Shown piece by piece: positions 17,686 through 44,730 of a stretch of DNA of 64,000 nt. Within the stretch, counting starts at the first letter, position 1; each line of letters starts with the position of its first letter. Origin of the DNA: the human T2T-CHM13v2.0 reference genome, Homo sapiens; the NCBI RefSeq assembly GCF_009914755.1, contig NC_060925.1, one strand, 5' to 3'. The position numbers and the translations under genes are program-made. The notes below the pieces were generated by a model. The model was not told where the DNA came from. It ran no database searches and worked only from the letters and a program-made list of their open reading frames with translations.

Positions 17686-17827
17686 TCAAATATGGGTGGG
17701 AAAAAAGAGTGAATACTATAGGATAATAAAGGGCATTTTAAAACGGTATTACTTTTTATTAGCCTGCTTTGGATACATAGCAAGGTTAATTTAAAAAGTT
17801 AAGGACATGTCCAGGCATGGTGGCTCA

Positions 17828-18104
<277 letters not shown>

Positions 18105-18327
18105 TCAAGGACATATACTGTCATGCATAAACTAGGGCTCATAATTATTTGCCACCAATGCTGTATTTGTCAGTGTTCTTGCCAAGCTTAGCATCACTCC
18201 AGTCATAGTTCCCCCAGAAACCTTCTTTGATAAGCACACCACCTTTTTCTAAGTTTTTTTCTTTTTTGTTTTTTTCTAAGTATTTTTAAACTTGCATACA
18301 ATCAGTTATTTTAATTCTCTGTGTATA

Positions 18328-19343
18328 CAGGCATATCTCATTTTATTGTGCTTTGCTTTATTGTGCTTTGCAGATATTAGCTTTTTTTTTTTTTTAAGGA
18401 ACAGTGTTTTGCTCTGTTGTCTAGGCTGTAATACAGGTGGTATGATCATAGCTAATTGTAACCTCAATCTCCTAGGCTCCAGTCATCCTCCTGATTTTGC
18501 CTCCCAAAGCGCTGGAATTATAGGCATGAGCCACTGCACCCAGCTAGATATTGCATTTTTTACAAATTGAAGGTTTGTGGCAACTCTACATTCAGCAAGT
18601 CTATTGGTACCATTTTCCCAAAAGCATGTGCTCACATTGTGTCCTTGTACCACATTTTGGTAATTCTCACAATATTTCAAACTTTCTCATCATTATTATA
18701 TCTGTTATGGTCATCTGTGATCAATGATCTTTGATGTTACTTCATAATTTTGAGGGTGAGCTACAAACCACACCTATATAAGATAGCAGACTTAACCCAC
18801 AAATGTTGTGTGTGTTCTGACTGATCCACGGACTGGCCACACCCCCATCTCTCTCCTCAGGCCTCCCTGTTCCCTGAGACACAATGATATTGAAATTATG
18901 CCACATGATAACCCTATGATAGCTTCTAAGTGTTCAAGTAAAAAGAAAAGTTGCATATCTCTCACTTTAAGTCAAAAGCTAGATGTGATTAAGCTTAGCG
19001 GGAAAGGCATGTTGAAAGCCAAGACAGGCCAGAACCTAGCCTAGGCCACTTGTACCGAACAGTCAGGCATGCTGTGAATGTAAAGGAAAAGTGCTTGAAG
19101 GAAATTAAAAATGCTGCTCTGCTGAACACACAAATGACAAGAAAGTGAAACAGCCTTATTGCTGATACAGAGAAAATGTGAGTGGTCTAGATACAAGAGT
19201 AAGCCAGCCCAGCATGCCTTTACGCCAAAACCTAATCCAGAACAAGACCCTAACTCTCTTCTATTGTAAGAAGGCTGAGAGAGGCGAGGAAGCTACAGAA
19301 GAAAAGTTTGAAGCCAGCAGATGTTGGTTCATGAGGTTTAAAA
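18328..19343 (+). mobile_element. Tigger1 5' fragment with intact left TIR, interrupted by an Alu monomer
   Basis: TA|CAGGCATATCTC start; remnant transposase peptides ASKCSSKKKSCISLTLSQKLDVIKLS and KAERGEEATEEKFEASRCWFMRFK. Confidence 0.9.
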
Positions 19344-19345
19344 TT

Positions 19346-19425
19346 GCCTCGCCTCACCCCGCCCCGCCTCACCCCGCCCCGCCCCGCCCCGCCCCACCTT
19401 GCCCTGCCCTGCCCTGCCCTGCCCC
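19346..19425. repeat. C-rich pentamer repeat (GCCCC/GCCCT)n
   Basis: About 16 pentamers between the Tigger1 break and an Alu tail. Confidence 0.9.
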
Positions 19426-19796
19426 TCTTTCTTCCTTCTTTCTCTTTCTTTCTTCCTTGTTTTTTAGAGACAGGTTTTCACTCTGTTGCCCAGGTTGGAG
19501 TGCAGTGGTATGATCATAGCTCACTGTAACCTCAAATTCCTGGGTTCAAGGAGTCCTCCTGCCTCACCCTCCCAAGTAGCTGAGACTACAAGTGAGTGTC
19601 ACCATATCCGGCTAATTTTTATTTTTATTTTTCGTAGAGATAAGGGTCTCGCGATGTTGCTCAGGCTGGTGTCAAACTCCCAGGCTCAAGCAATCCTCCC
19701 ACCTCAGCCTCCAAAGCTAGAATTACAGGCATGAACCACCGTGCTCAGCCAATATCCTTTCTTTCTTTCTTTAAATTCTAATTATTGTTTATTTTA

Positions 19797-20021
<225 letters not shown>

Positions 20022-21050
20022 TCACCTGTATCCTAAGCCTGGATTTTAAATGTCTCCCTTCCTTTCTTTAACTTTTTCATGTGTCTAAGGCTCCTTCCTT
20101 TGCAAATCTTCCAAATCCTAACAGTCCCGGGTTTCAGCAATAATGGAGGAAATACAGAACTATTCTGTTCTTTCAAATTGTGAACATCCTCATACATGCA
20201 AAACTTGCCAGGACAATGGCCCCTCAGACTTTCAGGTGGACTGTAGGGAAATATTACATAGAGATAATAAACTCTAGATGAGAGCTTTAAAATCTTTTTG
20301 ATGCCTGCAAGATGATCTGCAGCTAAAATGATGGTATATAAAGACCATATAATATGGGAAACACAAGTATTTCAAGTGGGAAAAGGAAAGTTACAAATTC
20401 ATGTTTGTTGTATATACAACTATTTTGTATTTATTTATATTATTTATTTTTTTGAGATAGGCTCTCACTCCATTGTCCAGGCTGGAGTGCAGTAGCATAA
20501 TCATGGCTCACTGCAGCCTCCAACTCCTGGGCCAAGTGATTCTCCCACCTCAGCTTCCTGAGTAGCTGGAACTGCTACTCAGGTGTGCACCACCATGCCT
20601 GGCTAATTTTTTTGATTTTTAGTAGAGGTGAGGTCTCACTATGTTGCACAGGCTGGTCTCAAACTCTTGAGCTCAAGCAATCCTCCCACCTCGACCTCCC
20701 AAAGTGCTGACATTACAGGTGTGAGCCACCACACTTGGCCAACTATGTTTTTTAAGTGCTTAACAAGAAAATAACTTGAAAGAAATAAACCAAAACAATA
20801 GTGGTTAAGGTAGAAGGTTTTTGAGTGATATTTTTATATTTTTAAAATCTTCTGTAACATGGACACAATCCTTAGGTTATCGTTATATCAAAATGTATAA
20901 TGAATTTCTGAGGAAGAGGAGAGTGTTATTTAGCTTCTCAGTGGGTGGAAGAATGATGTGGTTAATGATCTGAGAATAAGGTTGAGCATGGGAGGCTGCA
21001 GAAGAAAAAGTTTAAATACAGAGAAATAATTTTAAGGATAGTTTGCTTAA

Positions 21051-21434
<384 letters not shown>

Positions 21435-21546
21435 TGAGAATTTAAGAATTCCTCTTCAGGGTTCTCTCTCACACACAATACTGCTTCTCAAGCAATTGGC
21501 ATGGTGGCAAGCCCAGCACAGTCAGTCAGTGGATAACATGAGATCA

Positions 21547-21807
<261 letters not shown>

Positions 21808-22614
21808 CTAAAACAGATACAAGGTCACAAACGCAAATCACAGAAAATCATTCGGAATGACTTCCATAACCCAAACTGGACAACGCTCAGCTACATCAGT
21901 TCTGTCCCTAGTTCCCAGAAAGAGCTCCCCCACTACAGTTTCCTTCTGTCTTTAACAATGGGAATGAAGACTAAATTTAACTCAATTGTTATCTAGGCAA
22001 GGTCCAACCTTGATAGAGATTTGCAATCAGCCAAGCTCAGAACATAATGGCCATATTCAAATATACTTAGAAACAATACTCACTGAGCATGTACCAAATT
22101 GCACCTATTTTCACCCATAAGTAAGGGAGATAGTTGCCTACAGTAATGAGATTTTGAGAGAGCTAGGATGATTTCCTTGACCTAAAATACCCTTTCTCCT
22201 GTCATATGATGCCTGAAACATAAGAAGTTTAATCCTAGGTTGGCATTTTTCAAACCTTTGTTATCTTCAGAATTTTTTTGATTAAAAAATATTTTACAAG
22301 GAGGCATAAACAAACAAAAAAAGGCAAAGCTGCTTTAGTTTTAAAAGGGGCAGAGTGTCCAGAGCCCCATCATAATTGTTCTCTTTCTCTCTCCTTCCCT
22401 CCTCCCACCTTGCTCTCCACCAAAAGGAAGCAAACTGACATTGCTTTTGATTGAAGCAAAATTGTTCATTAAAATGCAAGCACCCAGAGAAAGGAGCTCA
22501 TTAACTTACTCAGAGTTAACATCTAAATATGTGGTTTATTGGGTCTTCTAAAAGCTGTTATTTTAGAGAACCTCGGGTAAGAAATCCAAAACTAATTGAA
22601 AGAAAAATATGTAG

Positions 22615-22989
<375 letters not shown>

Positions 22990-23447
22990 TGATCACAACC
23001 TGGGGTAGCTGCTCAGAATGCTTTGATTCCTCTCACTTACCCTGACCTCTATGGTGATACATGTGTTTTACCTCTAACTAATTTAGGATTTTTGCAATTT
23101 TTTTAAAACAAGCAAACTAAAGGAAAATACAACAGCATAGGAACAATAATTTTACAAGGCACATATTTCATATTCTAACGATGCAAGACTAGCCATGAAT
23201 TAACTTGAGTGGCTCAATTTATAGAACACTCTATCTCTAGTTCTTTCTTCTCCTTCAACTTTGAAACTCACAAGTGAAATGGAGAAACTTCCTGATCACC
23301 AGGGCTCTCTCACACAACACTGCTTCTCAAGCAATTGGCTTATTGGAGAGTCCAGTGCAGTCAATGCATAGCGTGAGCAATAAAAGTCTGTGTTAAACAC
23401 CTATTTGCTTAGTTCAGTGTTTGTCTAAGTAGGTGGCTCTATGATCA

Positions 23448-24616
<1,169 letters not shown>

Positions 24617-24780
24617 TATAAATAAAATATAATATGTGATCCTTGCCCTTAAGGAATTTATAATTTAGTTGGGAAGACAAGAATAACAAAAATAACTAGA
24701 AAGTAACACGTGGGACTGTAAGATTCACTGTCAAATTCTGTAGCTAGACTAAGCATTTAAAGAGCTCTACCTAGGGTTCA

Positions 24781-24954
<174 letters not shown>

Positions 24955-24970
24955 CTACAAAGCAAATATA

Positions 24971-26470
<1,500 letters not shown>

Positions 26471-26540
26471 TATATCTCTTTCACTTACATCCTTCTTTCT
26501 TTTCTTTCTTTCTTTTTTTTTTTTTTTTTTTCTCTTTTGA

Positions 26541-26699
<159 letters not shown>

Positions 26700-27662
26700 T
26701 AGTAGAGACAGGATTTCTCTATGTTGGTCAGGCTAGTCTCAAACTCCCGACCTCAGGTGATCTGCCCACCTTGGCCTCCCAAAGTGCTGGGATTACAGGT
26801 GTGAGCCACTGTGCCCAGCCTATCCTACTTTCTAATATCCTAATAACTGTAACTGTGAATATATTTAAAAACTGCCATGGAATAAAAAAACTGAGAAAAA
26901 ACAGTAATAGTTGTGACCAACACAGGTTCCATTAGGATCTGGTGGGGCGAATTATCTGGGTTTGTTTAGTTTCACACTTGGCACTAGCATCCCAGCTAGG
27001 CACCCTCATGGGGAAGGAGAAAAAGAGAATGGTAAAAACTAGAAGTTACAGGGAGGCAGATTTTTGTTTCAAAGCAAGGCAGAATTTTATAAAAGGGCTG
27101 TCTAAAAAGTGGACTAAACTGGTTTCCCATGTGAGAAATAATTACAAAGGAGATTCCTGCATTTAAGAAGGAATTCAGTCTACCTAGGGCGTTCCCTTCT
27201 TCACTTTGGCAACAGTGGTAAAGTTTTGCAGGACAGAACAGAATCTGAAAACCAATAGGGGATTATTTGTGATATTAAATACCCACATTCTCCCATTAAG
27301 AAAGCAGATGGATCATACTAAATTGTCAATCTAGACTTAAATAAGTATGGCAACTTGCTATAAAAACCTGTCAATAGTCTTTAGGTAATACTTTCTAGAA
27401 TTTATTAAAAAAAAAACAATGGTAGTCTCTGAGTTTAAAATTTCCTCTAAAGAAGTGATTTGTTAAAGAAAGAAAGCAGTCAAAATAGAACTAAGTAAGA
27501 AATTTCTGTACAAGTTCTTACGTCCTTCAATTCTACTGTTTTCCAACTTTGTACTATACATTCCTTTGTTATTGTTGTTTACCTTCAAATTGCTTTTGGG
27601 GAGACAGGAAGGAAATGATATTTACCCAGACGTGAAAGTGGGATTTCTTGTAATGTACCTAC

Positions 27663-27785
27663 CATGTCTCCCAGGTGGTTCATGCCCAGATCGTATGAGT
27701 GCATTCCCATTGAATGCTCCAGGTTGTGAAGCATCACAAACTTTAGATTCTTTTCCCAGATGAGACGTCGTACTGCTTCTTCATT
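27663..27785 (-). CDS. CTSS: Cathepsin S exon 3 (I29 inhibitor prodomain, aa 43-83)
   Basis: tttag|AAT...; [41 protein letters not shown] contains the ERFNIN-type and GNFD-type motifs; donor ATG|GTAGGT; 123 nt, phase 0-0. Confidence 0.99.
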
Positions 27786-28017
27786 CTAAAACATAATGAA
27801 GAAGAACATAGTCATACTGCATCCTGGACAAATAAGTGTTTGATGATGAAAATGGCAATTTTTTTTTTTTTTGAGATGGAGTCTCACTCTGTCACCCAAG
27901 CTGGAGTCCAATGGCACGATCTCAGCTTACTTCAACCTCCGATTCTCAGGTTCAAGTGATTCTCCTGCTTCAACCTTCCGAGTATCTGGGATTACAGGCA
28001 TGTGCCACCACGCCTAG

Positions 28018-28215
<198 letters not shown>

Positions 28216-28674
28216 TAAATATATCCAATATAACTGCTAACTTCACATATTAATCTTAATTCTTGCTCTTAACTGCTTTGATGGTTTAATATTATTTTAT
28301 GATAAACATGAATTTCCTTCTCTTTTTAACATTTATTATTATTATTATTATTATTTTGACAGAGTCTTGCTCTGTCACTCGGCTGGATGGAGTGCAGTGA
28401 AGTGGCCTGATTACTGCTCACCATAGCCTTGACCTCCTGGGACCCAGCAATCTTCACACCTCAGCCTCCTGCATAGCTGGGATGACTGGTGTGTGCCACT
28501 GCAGCCAGTTTTTCTGTTTGTTTGTTTGTTTGTTTTGGTAGAGACTGGGTCTCCCTATGTTGCAGGCTCATATTGAATTCCTGGGCTCAAGCAATCCTCC
28601 CCTATCAGCCTCCCAAAGTCCTGCGATTATTGGTGTAAGCCACCGCGCCCAGCATTTTTTTTTTTTTTTTTTAG

Positions 28675-28785
<111 letters not shown>

Positions 28786-30057
28786 TAGGACTGCAAGCCT
28801 GCACCACCACAACCAGCTTATTTTTATTTTTATTTTATTATTTTTTTTTTTTTTGTAGAGACAGGGTCTCCCTATGTTGCCTAGGCTGGTCTCAAATTCC
28901 TGGCCTTAAAGGATCCTTCCCCCTTGGCCTCCCAAAGTGCTGGGACTACAGGCATGAACCATACACCCAGCCATGATTTGCTCTTTCTTTTTGATGTTTT
29001 ACAACTTCGTTACATGTATCTGGGTGTAGGTTTCTTTATTTACCTTCGGCTGTGTGCTTTTGATTGGAGGACTCAGGACCTTTTCTCATATCTGGAAAAT
29101 TCTCAATCAGTGTCTCCACATATATTGCTTCTCCACCATTCCACCTAATTCTCTTCTTCAGAAACTCCTATCCGAAGTATTTTGGAGCCTCAAACTCTCT
29201 TTCATCTCTCTTACTTGCGTTTTCATATATTTTTCTTTTTATTTCTAGGTGCTGCATTCTGGGTGAATTCCTCAGTACTATCTTTCAGATTACTGATTCT
29301 ATCCAGCTCTTTCCAGTCTGGAAATCCTTTTGATTTTTATCGCAATGACAATATTTTTTATTTTCAAGATTTCTAATTTATTTCTTGTCCATTAGTGTGC
29401 ATATTATTCCTTTATATATAGTCTTTTGAAAATTCATTTTTGATTCTATTATTTTAATTTTATTCAGAGTGAATTTACATGCTGACCGACGATTTTCTTG
29501 TCCTTCAGGAGATTCATTTACATAGAATACAATGATGTAGAAGGCAAGGTGGATGGTGCCTCCTACAGTAGCTGAAGCCAGAGTTTCCAATAAGCTGGAA
29601 CCCCAGGGAGCAGTCAGCAACAACTGTGTTCTGCCTCATTTCATTGAGCGGGTGAGCCCAGTCCCAGAGGCACTGGGTAGCAAGTCTGGATGCAGGTTTC
29701 TTTCCCTTGGAGCAAGGTTTTACTGTTACCCCAGTAATGGACATAATGGGCATGCATGATGGGCTTACTTCCAAACCACAAGATGAGAAGCAATGGTATA
29801 AAGGCAAACAAATCTAACTAAGTGCAAGAAAGGAAAAAAAAAAAAAGAAGTGCACTTTGAGATCAATTATAAAGGTAGGATACGAATCAAAAGTCAGGTT
29901 CATTCATCCTGAGGGACTGGAATTATTAAACAGAGGGATAGCATTCATTTAACCAGATAGTGGTGCTAATTGCACATCTAAGTCCAGTCAATCTTGAAAT
30001 GAGGAACCTGTTCATAAAGGGTGTGGGTGAGGGTGAAATTCATCACCACCAACGAAA

Positions 30058-33402
<3,345 letters not shown>

Positions 33403-33955
33403 CTTAGAGTGTATGACCTAAGAGTGTCATTTTTATACAAAATAATATGTCAAATAAATAAATATATGATGCTAGCTTACAAACAGAAATATTACATAGT
33501 TACAGGACTTAGTTATTTAAAGCAGTAGGGTTAAGGTCTTAACATCAGCAAGTGTGCTTTGAAATAAAAACAAAAGTACAAAATGGGAAGTGATAGTCAA
33601 GAAACAATATCTGGCCACACTATGTGGGTATTAACGCCTTTTCGCTCCTCAGCCATCCCAAATGTGGCCCTTCCTCAGGAGCTTGTGCTGATTTGCCCTT
33701 GGCCTGAGACCTTCACTCTATTATGTATTTTGCTTGCTCCCTGGCTTCCATCAATTCTCTGCTCAAATGGCACCCTTATCCGTGAGGCCTTCCCTAACCC
33801 TCCTGTCATATAGATAGACTTCTTACCACCACCACCACCCAGGGCCCTTCCTACTCTCCATGCCTTCTGTTATTTTTATCTACAACACTTATCACCATCT
33901 AGCATACTACATATCTGCTTGTTTATTTTCTTATTTCCTGTCTCTCTCACTATAA

Positions 33956-34246
<291 letters not shown>

Positions 34247-34438
34247 TAGGCTGGTCTCGAACTCCTGACCTCAGGTGATCCGCTCACCTTGGCCTTCCAA
34301 AGGGCTAGGATTACAGGCGCGAGCCACCACACCCAGCTTAAATATTTACTGAAAACACTGCCTGTAAGAACACAATTTTAAGAGGTAGAAAACAGTACTC
34401 CTTTAAAAGCATATCGCTCGAGTGGCAATCCAATCTAC

Positions 34439-34564
34439 CTTTTCCTTGTATTGTTTGCCATAGGTTTTCTTCCAGAGATGCCAGTGGTGATCCAGGGTAG
34501 GATCTTTATGCAACTGTGCCACTGCAGAGGAGCACACCAAGAGCACACAAACCAGCCGTTTCAT
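34439..34564 (-). CDS. CTSS: Cathepsin S exon 2 (first coding exon; signal peptide and start of propeptide, aa 1-42)
   Basis: Minus strand ...ttacacag|A ATG; translates MKRLVCVLLVCSSAVAQLHKDPTLDHHWHLWKKTYGKQYKEK; donor AAG|GTAGAT at 34438. The exon starts at 34565 with 1 nt of 5' UTR. Confidence 0.99.
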
Positions 34565-34694
34565 TCTGTGTAAGGAAAGGTAACATAGGAAGTGTTGCTA
34601 TTAGCTGCATATGTTGTGACCACATGTTTTCATAAGAGAAAATAACAATGCAAAGTCTATCAAAGGGACAGACTATTATAAACAGAATTATACA

Positions 34695-34853
34695 GGAAAA
34701 TTCCTGGGATATATAGTCACAGGGAACAGCTGCAGATTTATGTCAGAAATACTACTTCCAATGCTTAGTAGCACTTTAAAAAGTGATTTCCAGGAATTTC
34801 CCAATATCTGGTAAACCAAACACATCTAGAGGGTTAGAAAACAGGGACTTTCC
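34695..34853. promoter_or_regulatory. Intron 1 NF-kB/STAT motif cluster
   Basis: GGAAAATTCC 34695-34704, TTCCAGGAA 34788-34796 overlapping GGAATTTCCC 34793-34802, GGGACTTTCC 34844-34853. Confidence 0.6.
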
Positions 34854-35502
34854 AGGATTTGCCAACAAATCTAATCAAAGGAAATCTCTTTCTCTCTCTC
34901 TCTCTCAAAAAAAAAAAAAAATCATCCTTAAGAGAGACAAACCTCTGAAAAATCAGTTTATCTCCTGAATTTTTGAATACATGGGCTCTTCTTAACTGAC
35001 CTGTTTAAATATCCACAGTCTTTACAGATAGTTAAAAGACAATTCTCATCTATTGCTTTCACATCTTTAGGTAGGTAATTTTCCTTTTTACGTTTTTTTT
35101 TTTTCAATGATCAGACATCTGTTTCAAATGAGGCAATTAACTACTCTTTAAAATGCCACTTCTGTATTTAATTCAAGAGACATCAACAGAAATTCAGCGA
35201 CTAGCTCCCTCAAACTGGATTCTACTTTCTTTTCCATTTCTTTTTAATTGAAAACATCTGGAATTTTAAACATGTAAGCCTTTAAATTATATTCCAAAGA
35301 AAGCCATGTTTCAGTCTCAACTTAGATGCTTAGATGCTCAAGCAGACATTAACTTTTTAAAAATAGAGAAGAGGCAAATTGAACGACACGATTTTTTAGT
35401 TTACTTCCTGAAACCAAAGATTTAAAACCTAGCAGGCAGAACAAGTTACAAACACAGAGTGTTTGAAGACCAAATGGGAGAAAAAGAACAAAGAGTACAT
35501 AC

Positions 35503-35762
35503 GTGATAGAACCAGCAGTTGCTCCCACGGTAAGAGTCCTTGAATTAGTGGGCTCTCTTCTAAGATTTCAAAGCAACAAGGAGATTTCAGTTCAATTGAC
35601 TTGAAAAGAAATTGGAACTTGTCACATGAGGTACTCAAAATGAGGAAGTGAACTTTCATTTCAGTTTCATTTAAAATCTAGCTAGTACAGTCACCTCTAG
35701 TCATTTCCCTATGGTCTTGGGGACAAAGTGGATACAGTAAGCCATCAAGAAGAGCCCTTGTC
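35503..35762 (-). other. CTSS: CTSS exon 1 (non-coding 5' UTR); 3' boundary exact, 5' boundary/TSS uncertain
   Basis: Minus strand ...GCTGGTTCTATCAC|GTATGT donor at 35502; splicing to exon 2 gives TCTATCAC-A-ATG, the recalled CTSS mRNA leader. The main TSS probably lies downstream of the ISRE (about 35580); longer leaders reach about 35760. Confidence 0.85.
35642..35671 (-). promoter_or_regulatory. CTSS promoter ISRE/IRF element with adjacent Ets/PU.1 site
   Basis: Minus strand AATGAAACTGAAATGAAAGT (tandem GAAA repeats) next to plus-strand GAGGAAGTG; IRF-1/IFN-gamma induction of CTSS via a proximal ISRE is established. Confidence 0.85.
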
Positions 35763-35890
35763 TGAGCCCAGTGGCTCATGCCTATAATCCCAGCACTTTG
35801 GGAGGCTGAGGCGGATCACTTGAGGCCAGGAGTTCAAGACCAGCCTAGGCAATATAGTGAGACCCTGTCTCTGCAAAAAAATTTTTTTTA

Positions 35891-36025
<135 letters not shown>

Positions 36026-36289
36026 TCAAGACCCTATCTCAAAAAAAAAATTAAATTGAATTTTAAAAACACCAACTTTTACACGGAAAACATTTAGTTA
36101 TAAAGAGATTTAGATAAAGCTCCCCAAATCCCAGCTCCTTGTATGATTTCCTAGGAAAACCTGTCTTACTGCTTTTAACACAACTCATTCATGATCTGAT
36201 ATTGTCTGGTTCTCACTCAGCCATTCCTTCGTTCATCAAACTCAAAATGTCTTTATTAATATATACTATATGTATAGTTTAGTAATATG

Positions 36290-36320
36290 CGTGTGTGTGT
36301 GTGTGTGTGTGTGTATGTGT
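36290..36320. repeat. (GT)n microsatellite upstream of CTSS (second tract at about 36558-36583)
   Basis: Direct observation of two GT dinucleotide tracts. Confidence 0.95.
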
Positions 36321-36409
36321 TAGTATATTCATGGAAAAAAGGATACACTCAAATATATCCAATTGAGAATGATTACCTGGGTGGGGTGGGAGCAAGACGA
36401 ACTATCATC

Positions 36410-40463
<4,054 letters not shown>

Positions 40464-40921
40464 TTAGCAATTAAATTCTGATAACTCCACAGTAGTATAT
40501 ACAGTGTTCATTTATTTTTATGGCCACCTAGCATCTTTTGAACAATATTCCCATGTTTGGAGAATTTCCCACGTTATAAATTTTGCTTCTCCAAGTTGAA
40601 GCCAAAGCTCCATTTTCAAGGATCCAGTGCAGTTAAGGCACAGACATGAGACCTAGCCTTTGCCAGTCAGGCACACCTGTATAGAACATCATTTTGCAAG
40701 TGGGTAAGTGAGGAACCAGAAGTATGTAAAATCCTCCTTTTGGTGAGAATGGCAGTAGAGATGTCTCCCAGCAGCAGCAGCACCAGCAGGAGCAGGAGCA
40801 GCAGCAGATATTCTAACATCTGGTCCCCAGTGTCACCTGTTCAAACTGTAGTGTTTATGTCAAATATTGTGTCTGCTCAGTGGCATCATAGGTTGAGCAG
40901 TCCTCTCTGTGGTTTTGGTGA

Positions 40922-41314
<393 letters not shown>

Positions 41315-42527
41315 TAAACTGTAGTACCCGGATAGATGAACCTAGTATTGACATCCACAGCCGTGTTGAGTTTGGAAAAACAAGGGTGGAGTGTCAGAAG
41401 CTAGAATGGGGAAGGTGCTTTTCTCAGGCTGCGAATACAGGAAACTCAAGAAGAAAGCTATTGTGGAGCTCTCAATAATTTCAGGTTGCCTTCTCTATCC
41501 TTCTTTACACATCTGATCTCATACCTGATGTTTTTTGCTTTTAGCCTTGATACCTCTATATGTATTTCTATCCATAGAAATAGACAGTTCAATTTCCTTA
41601 ATGAGAAATTAGCATAGGAACAAATTTCTTTCCATCAAGATTAAATGGTAGACAACTGCTTTTACAAGGGACCATGTATTTTTCCAGTCATTGTTTCTCT
41701 GTCTGACGAGGTCTATAAATCTACACTCAGTACAGAGCATAAACGTGGTGATTAGGCAACAGCACACCTTCTGTCTCCATTCCTGGGTATTGCCTACATG
41801 GAATTGTGTATGAAATTATGTCTCTACCTGTTTCCGGTAATCCTCTACCAAGTGGGAAAAAATTTTGGGGTTAATTGTGTTTTCTAGTGGTACTCTAAAC
41901 CGGATTCAGGACGGCAGCGGCCATCTAAATGTCTTCCTTTGTTTATTTCTAAATCCATAAATTAATTCCAGATTTACCAAGAAACTAAATTGAGTTGATC
42001 CCAAAATGAAACAGGGCTCTCAGGGACATACTCACTTCTTCCCAGCCTGCCTTTGGACTCAGTAAGTAAGCAGAGACTGTGTTTATTTGTCTGATATACA
42101 TGACCCCTGGTTAATATGTAGGTCGTAGAAGAAACCAAAATTTTACTTATGGAAGGCAGGGAGAATAGAGATGAATTACCTTTTGTGAGAAAAAGAACAA
42201 GTGACATATTAACTGCTATTGTATTTTCTGTTGTCAGGACGTGGGCTGAGTAAAAAGCTTAAAAGCTTTTGCATATGTCTTGGTTCTGCCATCTATTGGT
42301 TATAAGGCCTGGAACAAGTGATTTAACATGCCCATGGCTCACTTTCCCTATGCATAAGTACGGAAATGCTGACTTAGTGGCAACTAAACAGTGGAAGACA
42401 CCAGCAATAGAATGTAATTATAATATCGCTCCATGAGATGGTAAGATTTTACAGTTCCAACTAATTATTCCTGAGTCCGTTCCTTTTGCAGAACAAGTTT
42501 CTAATAAAGTACTCAGGATTAAGATAG

Positions 42528-42796
<269 letters not shown>

Positions 42797-43214
42797 TAGC
42801 CAGGATGGTCTCGATCTCCTGACCTCGTGATCCGCCCGCCTCGGCCTCCCAAAGTGCTGGGATTACAGGCGTGAGCCACCGCGCCCAGCCGCGCTCCTGG
42901 CATTTTTTATTTTTATTTATTTATTTATTTATTTTGAGACAGAGCCTTGCTCTGTCGCCTAGGCTGGAGTGCAGTGGCATGATCTTGGCTCACAGCAAAC
43001 TCTTCCTCCTGGGTTCAAGTGATTCTCAGCTTCCTGAGTAGCTGGGATTACAGGCATGCCACCATGCCTGGCTAGTTTTTGTATTTTTAGTAGAGACGGG
43101 GTTTCGCCATGTTGGCCAGGCTGGTCTCAAACTCCTGACCTCGGGTGATCCACCCACCTCAGCCTCCTAAAGTGCTGGGATTACAGGCATGAGCCACCAT
43201 GCCTGGCCAAGAAA

Positions 43215-44520
<1,306 letters not shown>

Positions 44521-44535
44521 TCAGAGATGTTTTGA

Positions 44536-44730
<195 letters not shown>

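Noticed and set aside
18808-19343. Transposase-like peptides as a domesticated TIGD-type gene
   Set aside because: Broken by stops and frameshifts, and truncated before the DDE domain.
35429-35659. 76-aa ORF over CTSS exon 1 as a uORF product
   Set aside because: Its ATG lies within the ISRE, probably upstream of the main TSS, and the frame runs through the donor into intron 1.
40769-40807. CAG-rich tract as a polyglutamine or expansion locus
   Set aside because: Short, interrupted and intergenic, with no supported exon.
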